From Marsupella aquatica (Eukaryota > Plantae > Marchantiophyta): DNA of 64,000 bases. The stretch is taken from contig OZ316893.1 in assembly GCA_973895155.1 (NCBI GenBank), positions 8,084,963-8,148,962 of the forward strand. Reading direction: 5' to 3'. The notes under the pieces are model-generated. The model did not search any database. It saw nothing but the letters and a program-made list of their open reading frames with translations, and had not been told where the DNA came from. Shown here one piece after another: positions 23,865 to 38,100 of this stretch (position 1 is the stretch's first letter; each line of letters starts with the position of its first letter). Both the position numbers and the translations under genes were made by a program.

Positions 23865-26393
23865 TTTGTCGTTTATAACTCTGGGACAATCCTGAATGAC
23901 GTTCCCCTACAAGTGCTGAACTAACAACTACAGTCCCTAGTGCCTCGTAATAGGAGGAAACTGTCATGAACTCGAGGCCCCGCTCCAGACTCGATCTTCA
24001 TGCCAGGGGTGGGGGGGGGAGCTGAAAGAACCCAAATAGCCATGCTGGATCCCGGGCCATCAAGGTTGACATGAGAATAGGCTCGCGAATCACAGGAATG
24101 TCCAAGTCGTAAGCGTAGTCTACTCTATCTCAGCAAAATCGGTCATGACATCTCAAACCTCCCTGTAATACGCACTCGTAAACCAGGATTCACTCAATCC
24201 CGAGTTTAAAGATGGACAACCGGCATTAATTAGTACTCCATCGAAGCGTGGATAACCTCCCCTGAGCTTTCGGAAGCGAGAAAGATTGGAACGTTCGCAA
24301 TCTCTGTACGTCCCATGGACCCCGAGTGTCGAAACTGCCGGCTTCTAAGAATCCTCATGGGGGCTCGTGGACTTCAAAGGCCATCGATTGTCGAATCTAC
24401 CCATGGGGATACTGATAAAAGAATTGTCCCAGGCGGCAGTATGTATCAGCCGGACGAGAGAACCGTCCGGGTACGATGGCAGTCTCATACACTAGAACGT
24501 AACATGAGTGACGGAAAGTCTCAATTCGACACCCTGAACACCGCAACATGTCATCACTTGCATAGCTCGAGACCAGATCCCTGCAGCAAAAGGCCGTCCA
24601 TCTACTAGGAATTGATTTTACAGATTTTCCTGAAGAAACTACTGGCACAAAAATTAAACGGTCCAACGGTACAGCTGTCGCTCAGCACAATGGCTTACCT
24701 ATGTGCGATGTCATTCAACGCGCTCTAGCCCCTCAGATATGCATGGAAGGCAGCAGACTTACTCGACCATTTGGTTGAGAAGATTCTCTGAGCTTTCTCC
24801 GGCCCTGATCGATACCGTAGTTCTCTGCTCCACAAATCCAACTCGACATTGCACAACTTCCTTCTCAACGCACTCTCGAAGTTCACACGGGAAGAGGTTC
24901 CAACTGCCTACATAACAGTCCCACGACGGGGTTGGGTTTGTGTGATCCTCTATCCCTTCTCCGTCTCCATTGTCGTTCTCGTCGTTGCTATCGCCCTTCC
25001 TGTTCGGTTCCGTCTCCATTGTCGTCCTCGTCGTTGCTATCTCCCTTTCTGTTCGATGAAGAGAGACTCTTAGCATCTTGCCTGGGGTGGGTTACCGAGA
25101 AGCTACACGACATTAATTATGGAAAGGCCCCACTTCGAGGCAGCATCCCCAAACTTCATCATCATCCAGTTAAAAGCCTACGGCGTATCTTTCCGAACAC
25201 GACATTGTGGAATTCCGAACCATGGAGAATGCATCCTCGAACTTCATCAACTCGAAGACCCCTAAAGTCTACTCCAAAATCTAGCCGAGCTGCCCACATT
25301 CGTGAGTCGTGACGGCAAGTACACCGCACTCCACCAAGTCCACCAGCAGCGAAAATTTGGCCACTGGCCCCACAATACAGTCTGCTTTGCCTTGGAGCTT
25401 GCAATCTACCGCGTAATTTACTAAAGTGTCGATCACAATCTCACAATCTGTGTAGCGAGCGAGAGTTGGCGCGACAATTTTCTGAAGATTTGATCGCACC
25501 ATTACGATGAAGGTGTCCAGAATCACGCGGGGAGAGAACAGCTTGCTGTATCATTCCATGAATGAACAGTCCATATCTGACAAAAATCCTGGTGAGGCTG
25601 GAAAAGGTCCACAGACTACAGTGATTTAACGAGTCTTTGTAAGCATACAATGAACTTTTTTTTTAAGTTTCTATAGTACGGTACTTGATTAATCTGAATG
25701 ACAATACTTTTGGTTCTTTATTCCTTTTGAATAAGTCAAATCAGTTATGTATTCTGACAAGACAGCTATCCCACATCCATATCCTAGATTTTTATTGTTT
25801 TCTGTGATATTTCCCTACGAAACCACTCGGTGATGTAAACAATAATGGAGTTTAGCAGGAAAATCCCTAAAATGTGTAGGCACGTGGCACAGATGCACGC
25901 AACTGGATGCTGCTGCTTTTTTACGTTCATCTACTAAAAGGGACCAACATCTGATCCCCCTCCTTGAAGGCCTTCTTGAGCTTCTGATCATGCTGGTGCA
26001 TTGTCAATTTTACAAAACCTATGATTTCCATGGATCAATTATTGGAAGGAGTTTTGATGGTCTTGTTTAACTTACCTGAATATTTCCATGGCTCAACAAA
26101 TTACCCAACGGGTACCTTTGGGGTCCCTGTAGTCCCTGTAACTGCACATCAAAATATGCTATATATATATGTACCTTTGGGGTCCCTGTAATTGCACATC
26201 AAGATATTATATATATATATATATATATGCTCCCAAATATCTCTCCATACCATGATACAACTCATTATTTTCTTTAAATCTATATGATCACATTTTGATG
26301 GGTGATTACAGGCAGGGGTACCTTTGGACTTTGAACAGCTCTTTAGTTCAGTTTTCAAAACTGGGGAGTAATTATTTCTTTCAAGAGTGGGGA

Positions 26394-26566
26394 GAGATAT
26401 GCTTAGTAGACCCCTTCTGGAAAAAGTTTACCTAATAAACCCCCTCTATACATTTCCCCAATCTGGACTGATGAGACCTTTCCATCTCAGATCTGGATAG
26501 TTGATAGACCTCAGGGGTCCATCAATTAACAAGTTTCATTTTGAGGGTCTGTCAAACAAATACCTC
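26394..26566. mobile_element. Possible Mutator-like MITE
   Basis: Imperfect inverted ends gagatatgcttagtagaccc / gggtctgtcaaacaaatacctc. The 9-mer tatttcttt occurs at 26373 and 26567, but the left copy is offset by 12 bp. Confidence 0.35.
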
Positions 26567-28349
26567 TATTTCTTTGAGTACGTTCGAAGTTTGGTTCACT
26601 TTTCGAAACTACGGTAGGGACGATTAATTTTACCACGTTCGAAGTTTGGTTCACTCTTTAAAACTAAAACTACGGAGGTGTACACGGGGGGTGTACAGCG
26701 GCTTGATTGGAAAGTTGCGACGAGAAATTTACAGCCTATTTGCAAGGGGAAGCATTCTGACTATTAGAGCTGTCCATAATGTGGTCAAATTGGTGTGAGT
26801 CAACTGATATTTAGGCACGGATCCAGGGTGACGTACTTGAGGGTTCTCCTAGTTGAAGTATTCAAGATTCAAATTGAACCTGCCAGAAGGGATTCCAGAA
26901 TGAAGCAACCAGATTGAGACATCTTAAGTTCACAACACTAAACAAGTCAATTAGAGTTTCATGAGTCAATCTGTACGTGTCGATGTGAAAATCTTAGGTT
27001 ATTCCTTTTTCTGGATTGACAGCAGCGATCATCCTTCATTTCACTCAGTTCTTCAATTGAGTCTTTCACAGTCTGGTTGGTTGTTTTCGGAGAAGTCTTG
27101 CAAGACTCCTTGCTTTGAAGACTGATCAAGAATCTACAGTCTGTGTATGTTAACAATGCCACCCAGAAAATGGCTGATTAGAGTACGTGAGCAATCTATC
27201 TGCCGAAGTTTCTGTTCATATCGTTTGCATGTTGAAGTGACCAATTCTGAACAGAACAGTAAACCTTGATAAACGGAATGGGAGCTCCTTCGACATCGGC
27301 GTCAAACAACAGGAAATTGTTGTTCGGAAATTGGTCAATTCAACGTGCAAGTCAAATAATGAGCAACCGTTCATGCATGTGATCAGTTTCTTCTTGTTCT
27401 GCTGCACTCTCTGGTTCCTTTGTCTCTTTTCCCTGTCCAATCACTCTTTCCTTTGCCTTCTTTCACTTCAATCTCTCATTTGTTGGAGTGTGTCGATCTC
27501 GTTATAAGCAACTCGTCGATCAAGCCTGTGCAGATGCTGTTGGCAGACGATCAACACAATCTATGTCGCTTCGCCTGAAGAGCCGAACCAGAAATTATTT
27601 TCAAGCATCAACTTCAATTGCTTGAAGATTCGAAACAGAACTTAGCAGATTACAAACTCTGGAGCCCTTTTCAATGTAGAAGACTAGAGTACCAATTCGA
27701 GTGGATTTTGAACTTACTTATTGTATCGGCAAATCGTGCAGACTTGCTCAGATGAATTTGGGGAGATGGGGCACCAGCATTCTGAAGTACCATTACCAAG
27801 GTTATTTCTTTTGGGGGAGGATGGCCAATCTCACCTTGCTCGAAGGAGAAACATCTTGAGAACATTCCTTATCTAATTATGACAAATTATTCTATAACCT
27901 TTCTATTTCTCTTTGTCATTTAACCATAACCTGCAAACTCTACTTAATGGGATCTGTGTCTAGGTGGGAACTGGGTGATCCAAAACCGAAAGTCCTGCTA
28001 AGTTTAGCCAAAAGTTATGTAGCCGATGTGTCTTTGGCTGCGTGGGAAACTGGCTAATCCAAAACTGAAAGCCCTGTTAATTTTAGTCAAGGCCAAGGCC
28101 AAAAGCAGGCCCATCCAACAAAGGATAAGCAGGATAAGCGTAATCCTGAGGAGCATGCTATTTAATGTAGGGTAGCCACAAGGGGACAATACACAGGGAT
28201 CCAATGGGAACCCTGATCACAAGGGAGAGAGGTTTAAACAAGGCCACAAAGCGGACCAGCTAGGGGTTGAGGAGAAACCAGTACTCGTACTACTACATCC
28301 CACCCGCACATACATACACGTATATTCCACACCCTTTGTGTGTGGAGGG

Positions 28350-28410
28350 GGGATTGAGTCTGGGACCTCTTGGTTCTAGGCTAATCTTCTGGTCAACTGA
28401 CCACAGCCAA
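28350..28410 (-). mobile_element. Degenerate tRNA-derived (SINE-like) head
   Basis: The minus strand tggctgtggtcagttgacc...gaggtcccagactcaatccc has worn A and B boxes. Confidence 0.3.
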
Positions 28411-31400
28411 TGAGTTTTTGCCACTATTAAAAATAAACTGATCATATGTGTCCTTCTCTCCATGCACTACATCCTTATAGATGCCCATGCTTAAGAACTA
28501 TTCAATCCACCAAACTTATAGTGTTTTTTCAAATAGTTTTCTGGAGAATTTGCAGCCCCTTCTCTCCACTACATACTCATAGACACTAGAATAGCTGAAC
28601 TCTATTTAAGAGTTTTTGTTATCACCTTTAAGAATAATTTACTTTTAACTCAAGTCATTAAGATAGAATGAATATCAGTTTACTTTGCCACTGGACAAAA
28701 AGGGGGCCCTTCTTTGCATCCTCGAGTTAAGGCATATATAAGGCATTAATTCTTTCATAAGCTCTCATTGAAGACATTACCCCCTTGGTCTCTAAGAATC
28801 CTGACCATGATCTGACCACTTCATTATTTGACGACAACCCTCAAGTTTTTAGTCTGCCCAGTCTGCAACAAAAACCAAACAAACGACTTCCTGGGGCCCT
28901 AAACAAAAGACATGTTGGAGCCTACAGGGAAAGAAAAAAAAACCGAGGAGGCCCCACCTTTGGAAGGTCGAGTACTGTCGTCCATGTCCGCCCAGGCCGA
29001 GCATCGCTAGCATCTTCCCATTGCTTCAAAACAAGTTTCAAGGAATGCTTTTACTTCGGATTGCAACAATCCAACCCCACAAAGCTGTGCTCGCAAAGCT
29101 GCCTGCACCTCCCCAATCGACCAAGGAAAAACTGTCTCGCATCTGCAATCACCCACGCAAAGTTGAATTTATTCTTGTCCCACAATCACGCACGCAAGGT
29201 CACTACAATTCTTCACAGGGTGCCACAATCCTTGAGGAAAGTGTGACCCTAGGCTGCTGCACTTTGCTACAAGAAGGGGGTAGGGGTTCCAAAGGGTGGA
29301 AGGACCGGGGCCCAGCAACGCCTAGTCCCTTTCGAAAGGCGGGGCCTCGTCGAGTTTTCTTTCCCTGCAGGGCCCCATCAAATATTTCATTCCAGCAGAA
29401 CCTTCCACTTTGTTATTGAGTGATGTAACAGTGCTCTTATCCTATCAGGCATGTGGAGCTTTCCAGAGACGATTAATATGGAGCTATCATATCGAGCTTT
29501 TCAGAGGAGATCGAAATGGCCCAGGAGCATCTATATATATTTATATGATGCCATCAATCGCCAGACGAAGTTTTCACATACTCCAAGGAAACGAATTTGT
29601 CTTGCATAAAATACTAGTTGCCTTTAGAAACGGTTTTGTTAAAGCATACTGCGCGTCGAATCTGTAAAGCTAGTGACGTCCTCCTCTCGTCAAATACTAT
29701 TCGTCTCATCAATGACTGAGCTCGAAGTTCAGGGCTGCATAGGTTTTATTCTGATCTGAAATGAGTACGTGGTCTACTGTAGCTCTTCTTTTCAAGTCAT
29801 ACAATATTGGTCTTTCGAAAGCCAATGATGAAGCAAAAGGATTATGAAGTCCAATATGATAGTACTTCTGACGGGATCTCACCATATCGCATAACATCGC
29901 CGGGACTATTCTGCGTTGATCAACGAGGATGAATCTTAGCACTCAATTTTCAATACTCCATTTGCATCTCGTCAACGTCAGTGCAAAATTAATCGATTCC
30001 ATCTCCCGCGAAATTTTATATCAAACCCAGCCAAATTTTTGGTAGGGGGGAGAAGATAGTAGAGCTGGGAGACGACATGATCTGTATACTCGTGGAAACT
30101 ATCCCTGAACTATCCGTCCATTACTTCCAAGACCTTCATGTTGTAAGAGATTGAATAATAGTAAGGTTTGATTCTATAATAAATTCGCCTGCGATCGTAC
30201 ACATGACAGACTTGCAAGGTTTTACTGAACATTCACATGGCTCTATAAAAGAGAACACAACCACTACTCATGCTAAAACAATTCCAGGAATTTGAAGATA
30301 ATTTTATCCCGTCCCTGTGGTTTCACACATTATAGTTGAGCTCAAGCGGCGATTCAGAAACGTACTCTTATATCCTTCAGTAACAGTATTTGTCTGGGAC
30401 AAGAGCAAATTGAAAGTTGAGTATGAGGAAGATTCATGCGCTTGAGTTTAATAACCCTCTCTTCTCGGGGTAAAAAAATTATGTTTTAGCTATTGAATCA
30501 ATCAGTAAAGTAGAGAATATGAGTAGGGAATAGAAGTAGCTCTCCACCAAGTTGTCAAACATAATAAATTAAAACGACCTTTGTTTGCTCAGTTGCACCC
30601 TTTGGATTGTGGATATGTCCATATTGAAAAGGGTATGTTGTACTACAAGATCGCACTATGAACATAATATTCCAAAAGTTGGCAATTGCACAGCTCAGTG
30701 GACTCTATCAAGTTGCTTCGATCGGTACTGTAAACCGCATGTCCGGAACGAAATGTGGCGCTTTCCTTCGAGAGCTACGAACAAGTGTAGTCAGGAGAAC
30801 TATTGCGGACTGTGACGGCGGAATCGTACCAATGATACGCTAACCTGACAATTCAACCCTCTAATGCTCAGAGCACATGGGGAACATTTTAGCTGTAGCC
30901 TCGTGTGACGTCATGGTCCGGGATCAAGCCTTGAGAATATTGCCCCCGCAAGAAGCTTTTTCGACTTTTCTTAGGGTGGTGTGCGGTGTATAGAATCTAC
31001 GTTTTCTCGTGGTGTTATGGCCGAGCTTAATCTCTTCGGGGATTTTTGAAAAGGTGCGCCAGCAAGAAAGGAATTTGCCCTTCCTTTAAATGATGCATTC
31101 GTCGACGTGTGGCTACGAGTGTAATCATGCGGTCACTCTCTCGTCCAAAGTAGGGCTAAATGACACTCCCCAGACATGAAGTAGTTCCGTGTTAGAGTGT
31201 AGAGGCCACGCACACAGTCTGGATGAGTATGCTGAACACAGACGCTTTTTGTGGGTTCCCCCAAACGACACGCCACTCAGATTCTTCGGAAGCACACATG
31301 CTTTACAATACATGTGAAGTCACAAAGAGTATGCTTTGAGATGGAACCTGTCTTCAAAAGACGCTTCCAATGATAACCCTTCGTTACCACTCTAGTGGAT

Positions 31401-32253
31401 ATCTAGCTACTGTAATTGATTACGAAAAAATTACAGAAGCAGGGTTACAAAAAATTTAGAATAAGGGTCACCAAAAATTACAGAAGAAGAGGCAGATCCG
31501 ATGTATTCCTGCTCAATTGGTTTGGCAGCTTCTATTATAAAAATGCATACTCGGCTGAAGCTGGTAAATTTATATTTTGAGATTCTTCTTTTGTCAAGAT
31601 AATTCTTGGAACTTTCCATGTGTCTCTTGGACTCTGATGATTTCTTTCCATCCTTCTTCCCCACGCGGCTAGCTAACCAGAACCCAACGCTTGAAACAGT
31701 CATCTCAGATTCTACTGTTCGAATATCAATCGACAACTGCACGTGGTGTCCCACGGTCGGGGAGGGGGGTAAAAGTGGCCAGCAACTGTCGTCAAAACAA
31801 AGGAAGCAAGGATTCCACACATAAAAATTCCGTGTTCATTTTCGGATGGAAGAACGTACCACACACAAAGCTCTTTCCCGCACAACTTCCCTCTGAAGTA
31901 TGACAGATGTTTAAGTAGTAAGCAAACCTCCTTTGAGTTGCACTTACCTGGCTACATTGCTCCTAATTGGGGAGCTCGGTGTACAATACATACATGACAC
32001 TGCCTCGAGGATGGAAAATGGCCGTCTCTCGATCACCTCACCTGAAGCTACTCCTAATTGACGACTGTACAGTATAATACATGACCCTCCCGATGAGGGT
32101 ACAATGGCCAAAAATGATCTACTTAGTCGATCATTTTTGCCTTAAAAACCATGATCTACACGTCGACGAATGCATTTGACTTTAAGGCAAAAAATTTTGA
32201 AAAGGTGCATTTGACTTTTAAGGCAAAAATTCGATCATGATCTACTTAGTCGA

Positions 32254-34078
32254 TCATGGTTTTTGTCCTACTGTTCGGTTCTCGAACTCTCGGACTGCAT
32301 CAGCCAACACGGCCATGCGAAGGTCCAGAACGTGATCTGCATTATCAATCTTGGTGGCGTTGAGCATTGGATCTATAAACTCCTGGCAAAGCTCCTTGCG
32401 GACGTCGATGGTGTTGTGGTAATGGAAGTAAGTCATCTTATGGTCCTCATATATGCAGGTCCTTTTGATATCCGTGCCGTTCGGCAGGAGTGTGTCCATT
32501 GACATGTGAACTCCCGCCGTCAAAGCGTATTGTGCCTGAATTGCGTACTTCCGGTTCGTCCACCCGAATTCTCTGGTATATTGCGTTCGTCTATACACCA
32601 ATTTCTCGAAACCCCATCGTCTGCAAAGACGCTCGCTAGCGTTAGACTCACAGCCTTTCGCGACCCTGGATTTTAAGCATTGCTAGAAATCTATGTGTGA
32701 CCTATATATCCTGAGCGGGATCACCTCAACTCACAAATGCGGGTGATTCAGTTTAGGTTTACCTTTCAAGATCTCCGGAGTCGAGTGATCCATTGCGACA
32801 ATTGTTATGATGCATGAAATTCTGCTTAAAATGCACCTGCTGCGCTCTCCGGCCCATCTTGGTGTAGTCCAACATCACCTGGTCGAAGGTTAAGTGCTCG
32901 GGAACATAAATATACTCATCCGCATCGAAGAAGAAGGTCCAATTCGCCAAGGTTTTGGCCCGGAACATGCAGTCGTTGTTGATTAAAAACTGGCTGTAGT
33001 AGTAGACGTCATAGCGCGATTCCTGCCTGGCGTTTTGGAGAGTAATGAATCCAAGCTTAATCCACGGCTGCAGCATTCTCCGCACTTCGTCGTGAATTCC
33101 CCCTGCGTCGTACAAGATGAAATGCGAGCGAGGCCCAAAGAGCCGCACGTGGTACGCAATCCACTCCCTCATTCTTTGCGGACTAATGGACCCGAACAAG
33201 GGCGAGCCGCAGTAAAGATAATCATACTTATACGGAGCTGAAAAAATCGAGCCGTCGTATTGGTTCGGCTCCTCCTTGAGAGCCACGAAGTGCACATCAG
33301 GAAGACCTGTTTGGTCCGAGCTCCCGTGATTAGCCACGAAATCGAGCCTGCCTCCGCTTCCATCCGCACCAACATCCGACTCGAACGTGCAATTCACAAC
33401 TACAACGCTATACTCCTTGCCAAGGCCCCAATCAGGATAATACTTCGTCGCGTTTCCCAGCACGGTGGAGTTGTCTTTGTTCGAGACCCAGCTGCACTCG
33501 AAGCCCGGATTGCCAAACACGTGCAAGCCTTTGGAGCCCAGCCCGACTACCGCAAAAGTGTTCGATCCACCTCGATAGGCCCCGAATTGGATGAACAAGA
33601 AGGCGCCGCTGCCCATTGGCACGAACCGCCGGGGCTCTCCATAGGTTTTCGGATCGTCCAGCTTCTCGTGTGGCCGATCTTGTGTCACGGCTGGCAATCG
33701 CCACTCCTCCAGCACTTTCACTTCAGGTTCTTCCCGTCGTTGGCTTCCAGCTGCACCGGCGGACGAAACTTTCTCCCCGTCCTTATTATGTACAGGGCTG
33801 CCGCTCAGATTATTAGTGACAACCTCTCGGATGTGCTCTTCTCTAGCGAGCTCGGCATCCACAGAGGATGAAGACAGTAGCATGGATCCCAACTTGCAGT
33901 CGTCGCAGGGCACCACCCCCCGGTTTGAGGGAACGTGCATCAGTATGACGAGCAGGACACAGAAAAGTAAAGTAGAGCAAAACCCTGTCATCACCTTGTG
34001 ATCGGGCAACCCCGTCATTTGATCGAACTTGTCTTTGAAAGACATTTGTAGTCGGTCGAACCAATCTTTAAACGCCAT
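32254..34078 (-). CDS. GALS: Galactan beta-1,4-galactosyltransferase-like (GT92/DUF23), 2 exons, 560 aa
   Basis: Exons 34078-32763 and 32620-32254 join in frame across a 142-bp GT-AG intron. N-terminal TM anchor; motifs YDYLYCGSPLFGSISPQRMREWIAYH, FFDADEY, WGFEKLVY and YFHYH. Confidence 0.93.
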
Positions 34079-35059
34079 CTTTACACAGTCGTTCGACCAG
34101 CTTGATGCAAGGAATTTAGCAAAAAAACAGGTACATCAAACAAGGAACTGCTTGGTGCAAAGAATTGCTCCCCGTCTACTAAAGAAACAGAAATATATTG
34201 GTCCCGTGCCCGTGTCTGAAAAATCGATCAGAACTCAAATATATAGTGCACGCACTGACGCTTAAACCTAAGACGAACCAGCTTTCGATTTACAGCTATT
34301 GTGATGAAAACCAAGGCCAGGAAGCCACGTAATTCACTCTTTATCCTAGTAGGTGACCTCCTCTCTCGATCACTCTGTCGACGTCTCTCTCGTCCATCCA
34401 GCTGAAGTCATAGCACGGCTTCCTATATCAGGATACTTCTGCATTCGCTTCAGTGCTTCAAGGTGGCATTGAACTGGAGTGTCCAGCTCTCTGTCACACA
34501 CTCTGCGTCCAGCTCTCTGTCCAGCTTTACTTCATGCTCACTCTCTCCCTCACTCTCTGCTGTGAATCCTGTTATACAGCACGGTGCGTAGGTTCTACGA
34601 GCTCGGGGACCGCCGCATGCGCAAGGGTTGTAGGGTCAGGGATTTGCTTCTCCTGACGGTTGTGAAATGCTATTATGTCTGGTTCGTTGACACCCTTTCA
34701 CCGCGGCATGCCACTGCATGACAGAGCAGAATGACTGACGAGCCAGCCCGCCAGCCCCCGCTCGCTAAAGACGTAATACGAAATTTTTGACATCGACCCG
34801 CCGAAGAGGGAGTGATTGAGTGACTCACTAAGGGAGCAAGCACACGTACAAAGACGTACGTCAACTGGTTCCGATTTTTCCGATTCCAGTCTATGTCAAT
34901 CTTCAGTGCGTCCCTTTCGTTCCATTACCTCATGGCGTTGGAGAGTCCTTCGCCATTCACCACGAAAGACAATCCCGAGGCTTCCCGAGGCTCATAAGAG
35001 CCTCGGGTACACCTGCCCGCGCCTACTGCCCGCCCCGCTCACATTTTTTTCGAATTTTA

Positions 35060-35185
35060 CTAGCATGAATGATCCCCACTTTTTGGGTGGGGTGAATACT
35101 AAAAATCATTTTTGACACATAGCAAGATTTGAACCCGGGACCTCCAACTCCCAAACTGATCTGGGCTACCATTGAGCCCTTCCTC
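35060..35185 (-). mobile_element. Short element with tRNA-like A/B boxes and a Helitron-type 3' end
   Basis: Minus strand: gggctcaatggtag...gaggtcccgggttcaaatc, then the hairpin ccccac-N7-gtgggg 10 nt before CTAG|T. Confidence 0.45.
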
Positions 35186-38100
35186 AATTCGTGATTTTGT
35201 ACATTCGCGCCAGGTACTTAAACTGAAATCAGATACAGCACATGCGGGCAGCGGGCAGCACTTATGGGGTAATCAATATTAATCCGCATTGATTGCCCTC
35301 GAGATTGCCTTTCGTCCTTAATCCTTCGCCGAGTCGAGTGCGAGAGTCGCCGCCAATGCACCGCCGCACTGTACACAACTGTAGCGTTATGAAGTGATGA
35401 TGATTGCAGCGAATTTGTGAACGCGACGACAGCACCCCCAAGCTGGTCGGAGTCCCCCCTGAAATTGGGAACTTGGGAGGTTCAGAATCCGCGCAGTCGC
35501 CATTGCTTGATGATGATTAGGACAGTTAATTGATTCCCCGGAATCGGAGCTCTTCAGCTACGCTCTTTGCTGGCTAGCCTGCCACCTACAATCGAGGCCC
35601 ACCTGAAATGCATACCCCACATGAGCACCAACCAAACAACCCCAGCTCCATGCATTCGATCCGCCACCTAATTTCTTTTCTCGGCGTAGAAGTGGTAGCC
35701 TCGAAAAAGGTCTGTCGCTCCGAAAAGCTGCCTGTTTCTATATACGGACGGAATAATATATTATAAAATCTATTATCCACACATTCCATAAGCTTAGTAT
35801 CCCAAAATACTCATTCGGTTAGTGTGGAGGTAGATTGAGAATGAATGTATGTGAAGAAGGCGATCATTCAACAACGAGCTAACTGGCCCGTTGGCAGTGG
35901 CACAATTACAGTTTGCCAGTTTGGGAATTATATGGCCACCTCGCTCGCTCAGTCTGAGTCGTCCGACTACCGTTGCTCCTGTTTGGTGGCACGGAAATAC
36001 AATGTCTGGCGCGTGAGGAATGCCATTCAAAAGACGAGCGATTACAATACTGCCGTGTTTCGAATATCGCTGGGGTCATTAATATCCGGGAGGGTGTATT
36101 CGGGCAGGTTTCTGCCGAAGCCGAAGGCGGGATGGATCCTTCGTTGCCGGGCCATGGCACGTCGGGACCCATTCATTCCTGTACCCGCCAAGTACCTATT
36201 TATTGCTGTATTGCAGGTGAGTCGCCCAAAACTCGACAGCTTAGTCCCTCCCTCAATTCATGCCTTTCAAGATCGAAGACCCCATCATGAATGCAAATTA
36301 ACTTCAGTCTGAAGGAAACCCTAAAACAGACTGTCTTGTCTTAATTAATGGACCAACTACCAACAAATTTTGTTGGTTCATTGGTTGCTTTCAAACGTAC
36401 ACTCTGCCGAACTGAGCCCAACATTCTCTTGATGTTCCCGCTGTTTGGCAATGGAGATGATGGACATAGTCCCTGGTCGATACGGCTGCACCGCTTCACT
36501 CATTCTATTTCTGTCTAGAAAAATTCCCTGCTGACCAGCTAATATATGACCGACTTGTGTGCTTCCAACAGAGAATTATTAGGGAATCCAGAGTCGATAA
36601 TAATTAGAGACCCCCTAGGTCGAGGAAATCCATGGTATCTTATTCGGCAGAAGAAGGTCCAGGAAAGAAAGACAAATGATCAAGGGTCTCCCTAACTTGT
36701 AATCTTTATGTGCTTATTGTCTCCTGTCTGGCGAGGTTTGGTGGAGTCCACAGCTTCTTCTTTCTGAACTTCGACAGAATCGCAATAGCTTCTCGAATTG
36801 TGAAAATTAACCCAAGACCATTGAACTGGAGTCACACCGATTAATCGGTTGACATGGATTGAATTGAAGGGAACGAAACTATCCCCACCTTCGCGACTCA
36901 GACGATGAAGATTTGAGTTCAAGGGCTGTCACCAAGAGAATTGTTGCATCGCTACTCTCGTGTCTTCTCTCACTCCGTGCACCATTCGAATTCGCGCGAG
37001 AACCTTTCCAGTTCGCGAAAATGGAGAAATCTTTCGAGTAATTTGCATGAAGATTTCAATGAAATGGTTTGAGAGTACTCAACTTCTGGCAGAATAGATA
37101 GACTGTCAAAGGTGTGCTGTGATTCTTGTTTCGAAGGACAGACTGATGAAGCATTGCAGGTTTGCAGCTACCGTCAAATTGATGCTCCGATATAGACTTG
37201 AATTTATTCAGGCATGTCACTCACAAAAGGCCGAAAAATTGGTGCCGCAATTAGTCGAATGTATTCAGGTCGACTATTCCTGCAGACTTTTTTATTAAAA
37301 CCCCTTGGGTCTGAATGGATTCAAGTAGTTTCCATTTACTACACTCATTGGGTCCCAATGGATTCTGGTCCTTGCCATTTATTACAACCCCGTAGAGTCT
37401 GAAAATTCAGGACGGAAGGGATTCGAAATTCGAAATCGTCAAAATGCAATAGGGGTAGGTCTTATAAACATTAAAAAATATGTTTGAGTCAATTAAGTTC
37501 ATTTGGTATTTTGTCATTGAACAAATTACTTGAAGTGGTACGAATAAAATGTGAAAGCATTCAATTTACTCAAAGTTTTATAAACCATGCAAAACAAATA
37601 AGATATTTATATAGTACCTCAATGTACTTTATATTAAATCTTTCCTGTCACAACTATCTAACTTGCATCGACCCATTGCATACAAGAGTTGAGATTGACA
37701 AGAGTTTTTCATCATAAAGGAGTTAAAACACCACAACAATCTGATATTTGTCACCTACATAATCAGATCAAAATTGTCTAGTTTTGGATCTGATGTGAAG
37801 GATTGGAATTCAATTGCCTTTCTTCAGCCAACAAATCTGGCGTGCAAGACTGAAGCTTGGTGGCTGTCAACCATTTCCAAGAAATTCTTAATACATCAAT
37901 TCGATTGTATACCTTCCTCCAATTGCTGGAAAGAGAGGACTATCCCGGTGACCTGGTTGAAATGAGTTGCTTGGTGCAGACAACAAAACTCATAACTTGT
38001 CGCCTCTAGACAGTCCTCAACCCACCGATCTCAAGTGCAGAAAAGATAGCACTATGTAACACGGGCACTAAAGGTCACAGTGACTGTGAAGTCTAACATA

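Larger units (their letters stand above)
16253..25622. repeat. Tandem segmental duplication, copy B
   Basis: Collinear with 796-6637 and retains ~3.26 kb (about 20240-23502) that copy A lacks. Confidence 0.9.

Noticed and set aside
28785-29419. Plus-strand ORFs of 153 and 132 aa
   Set aside because: No recognisable motifs; possibly a LINE 3' remnant on the minus strand, but too degraded to call.
33035-34265. Overlapping ORFs within GALS
   Set aside because: Alternate-frame or antisense by-products of GC-rich coding sequence.
35845-36700. Possible exon MARRDPFIPVPAKYLFIAVLQ|gtgagt
   Set aside because: No in-phase downstream exon or recognisable family could be found.
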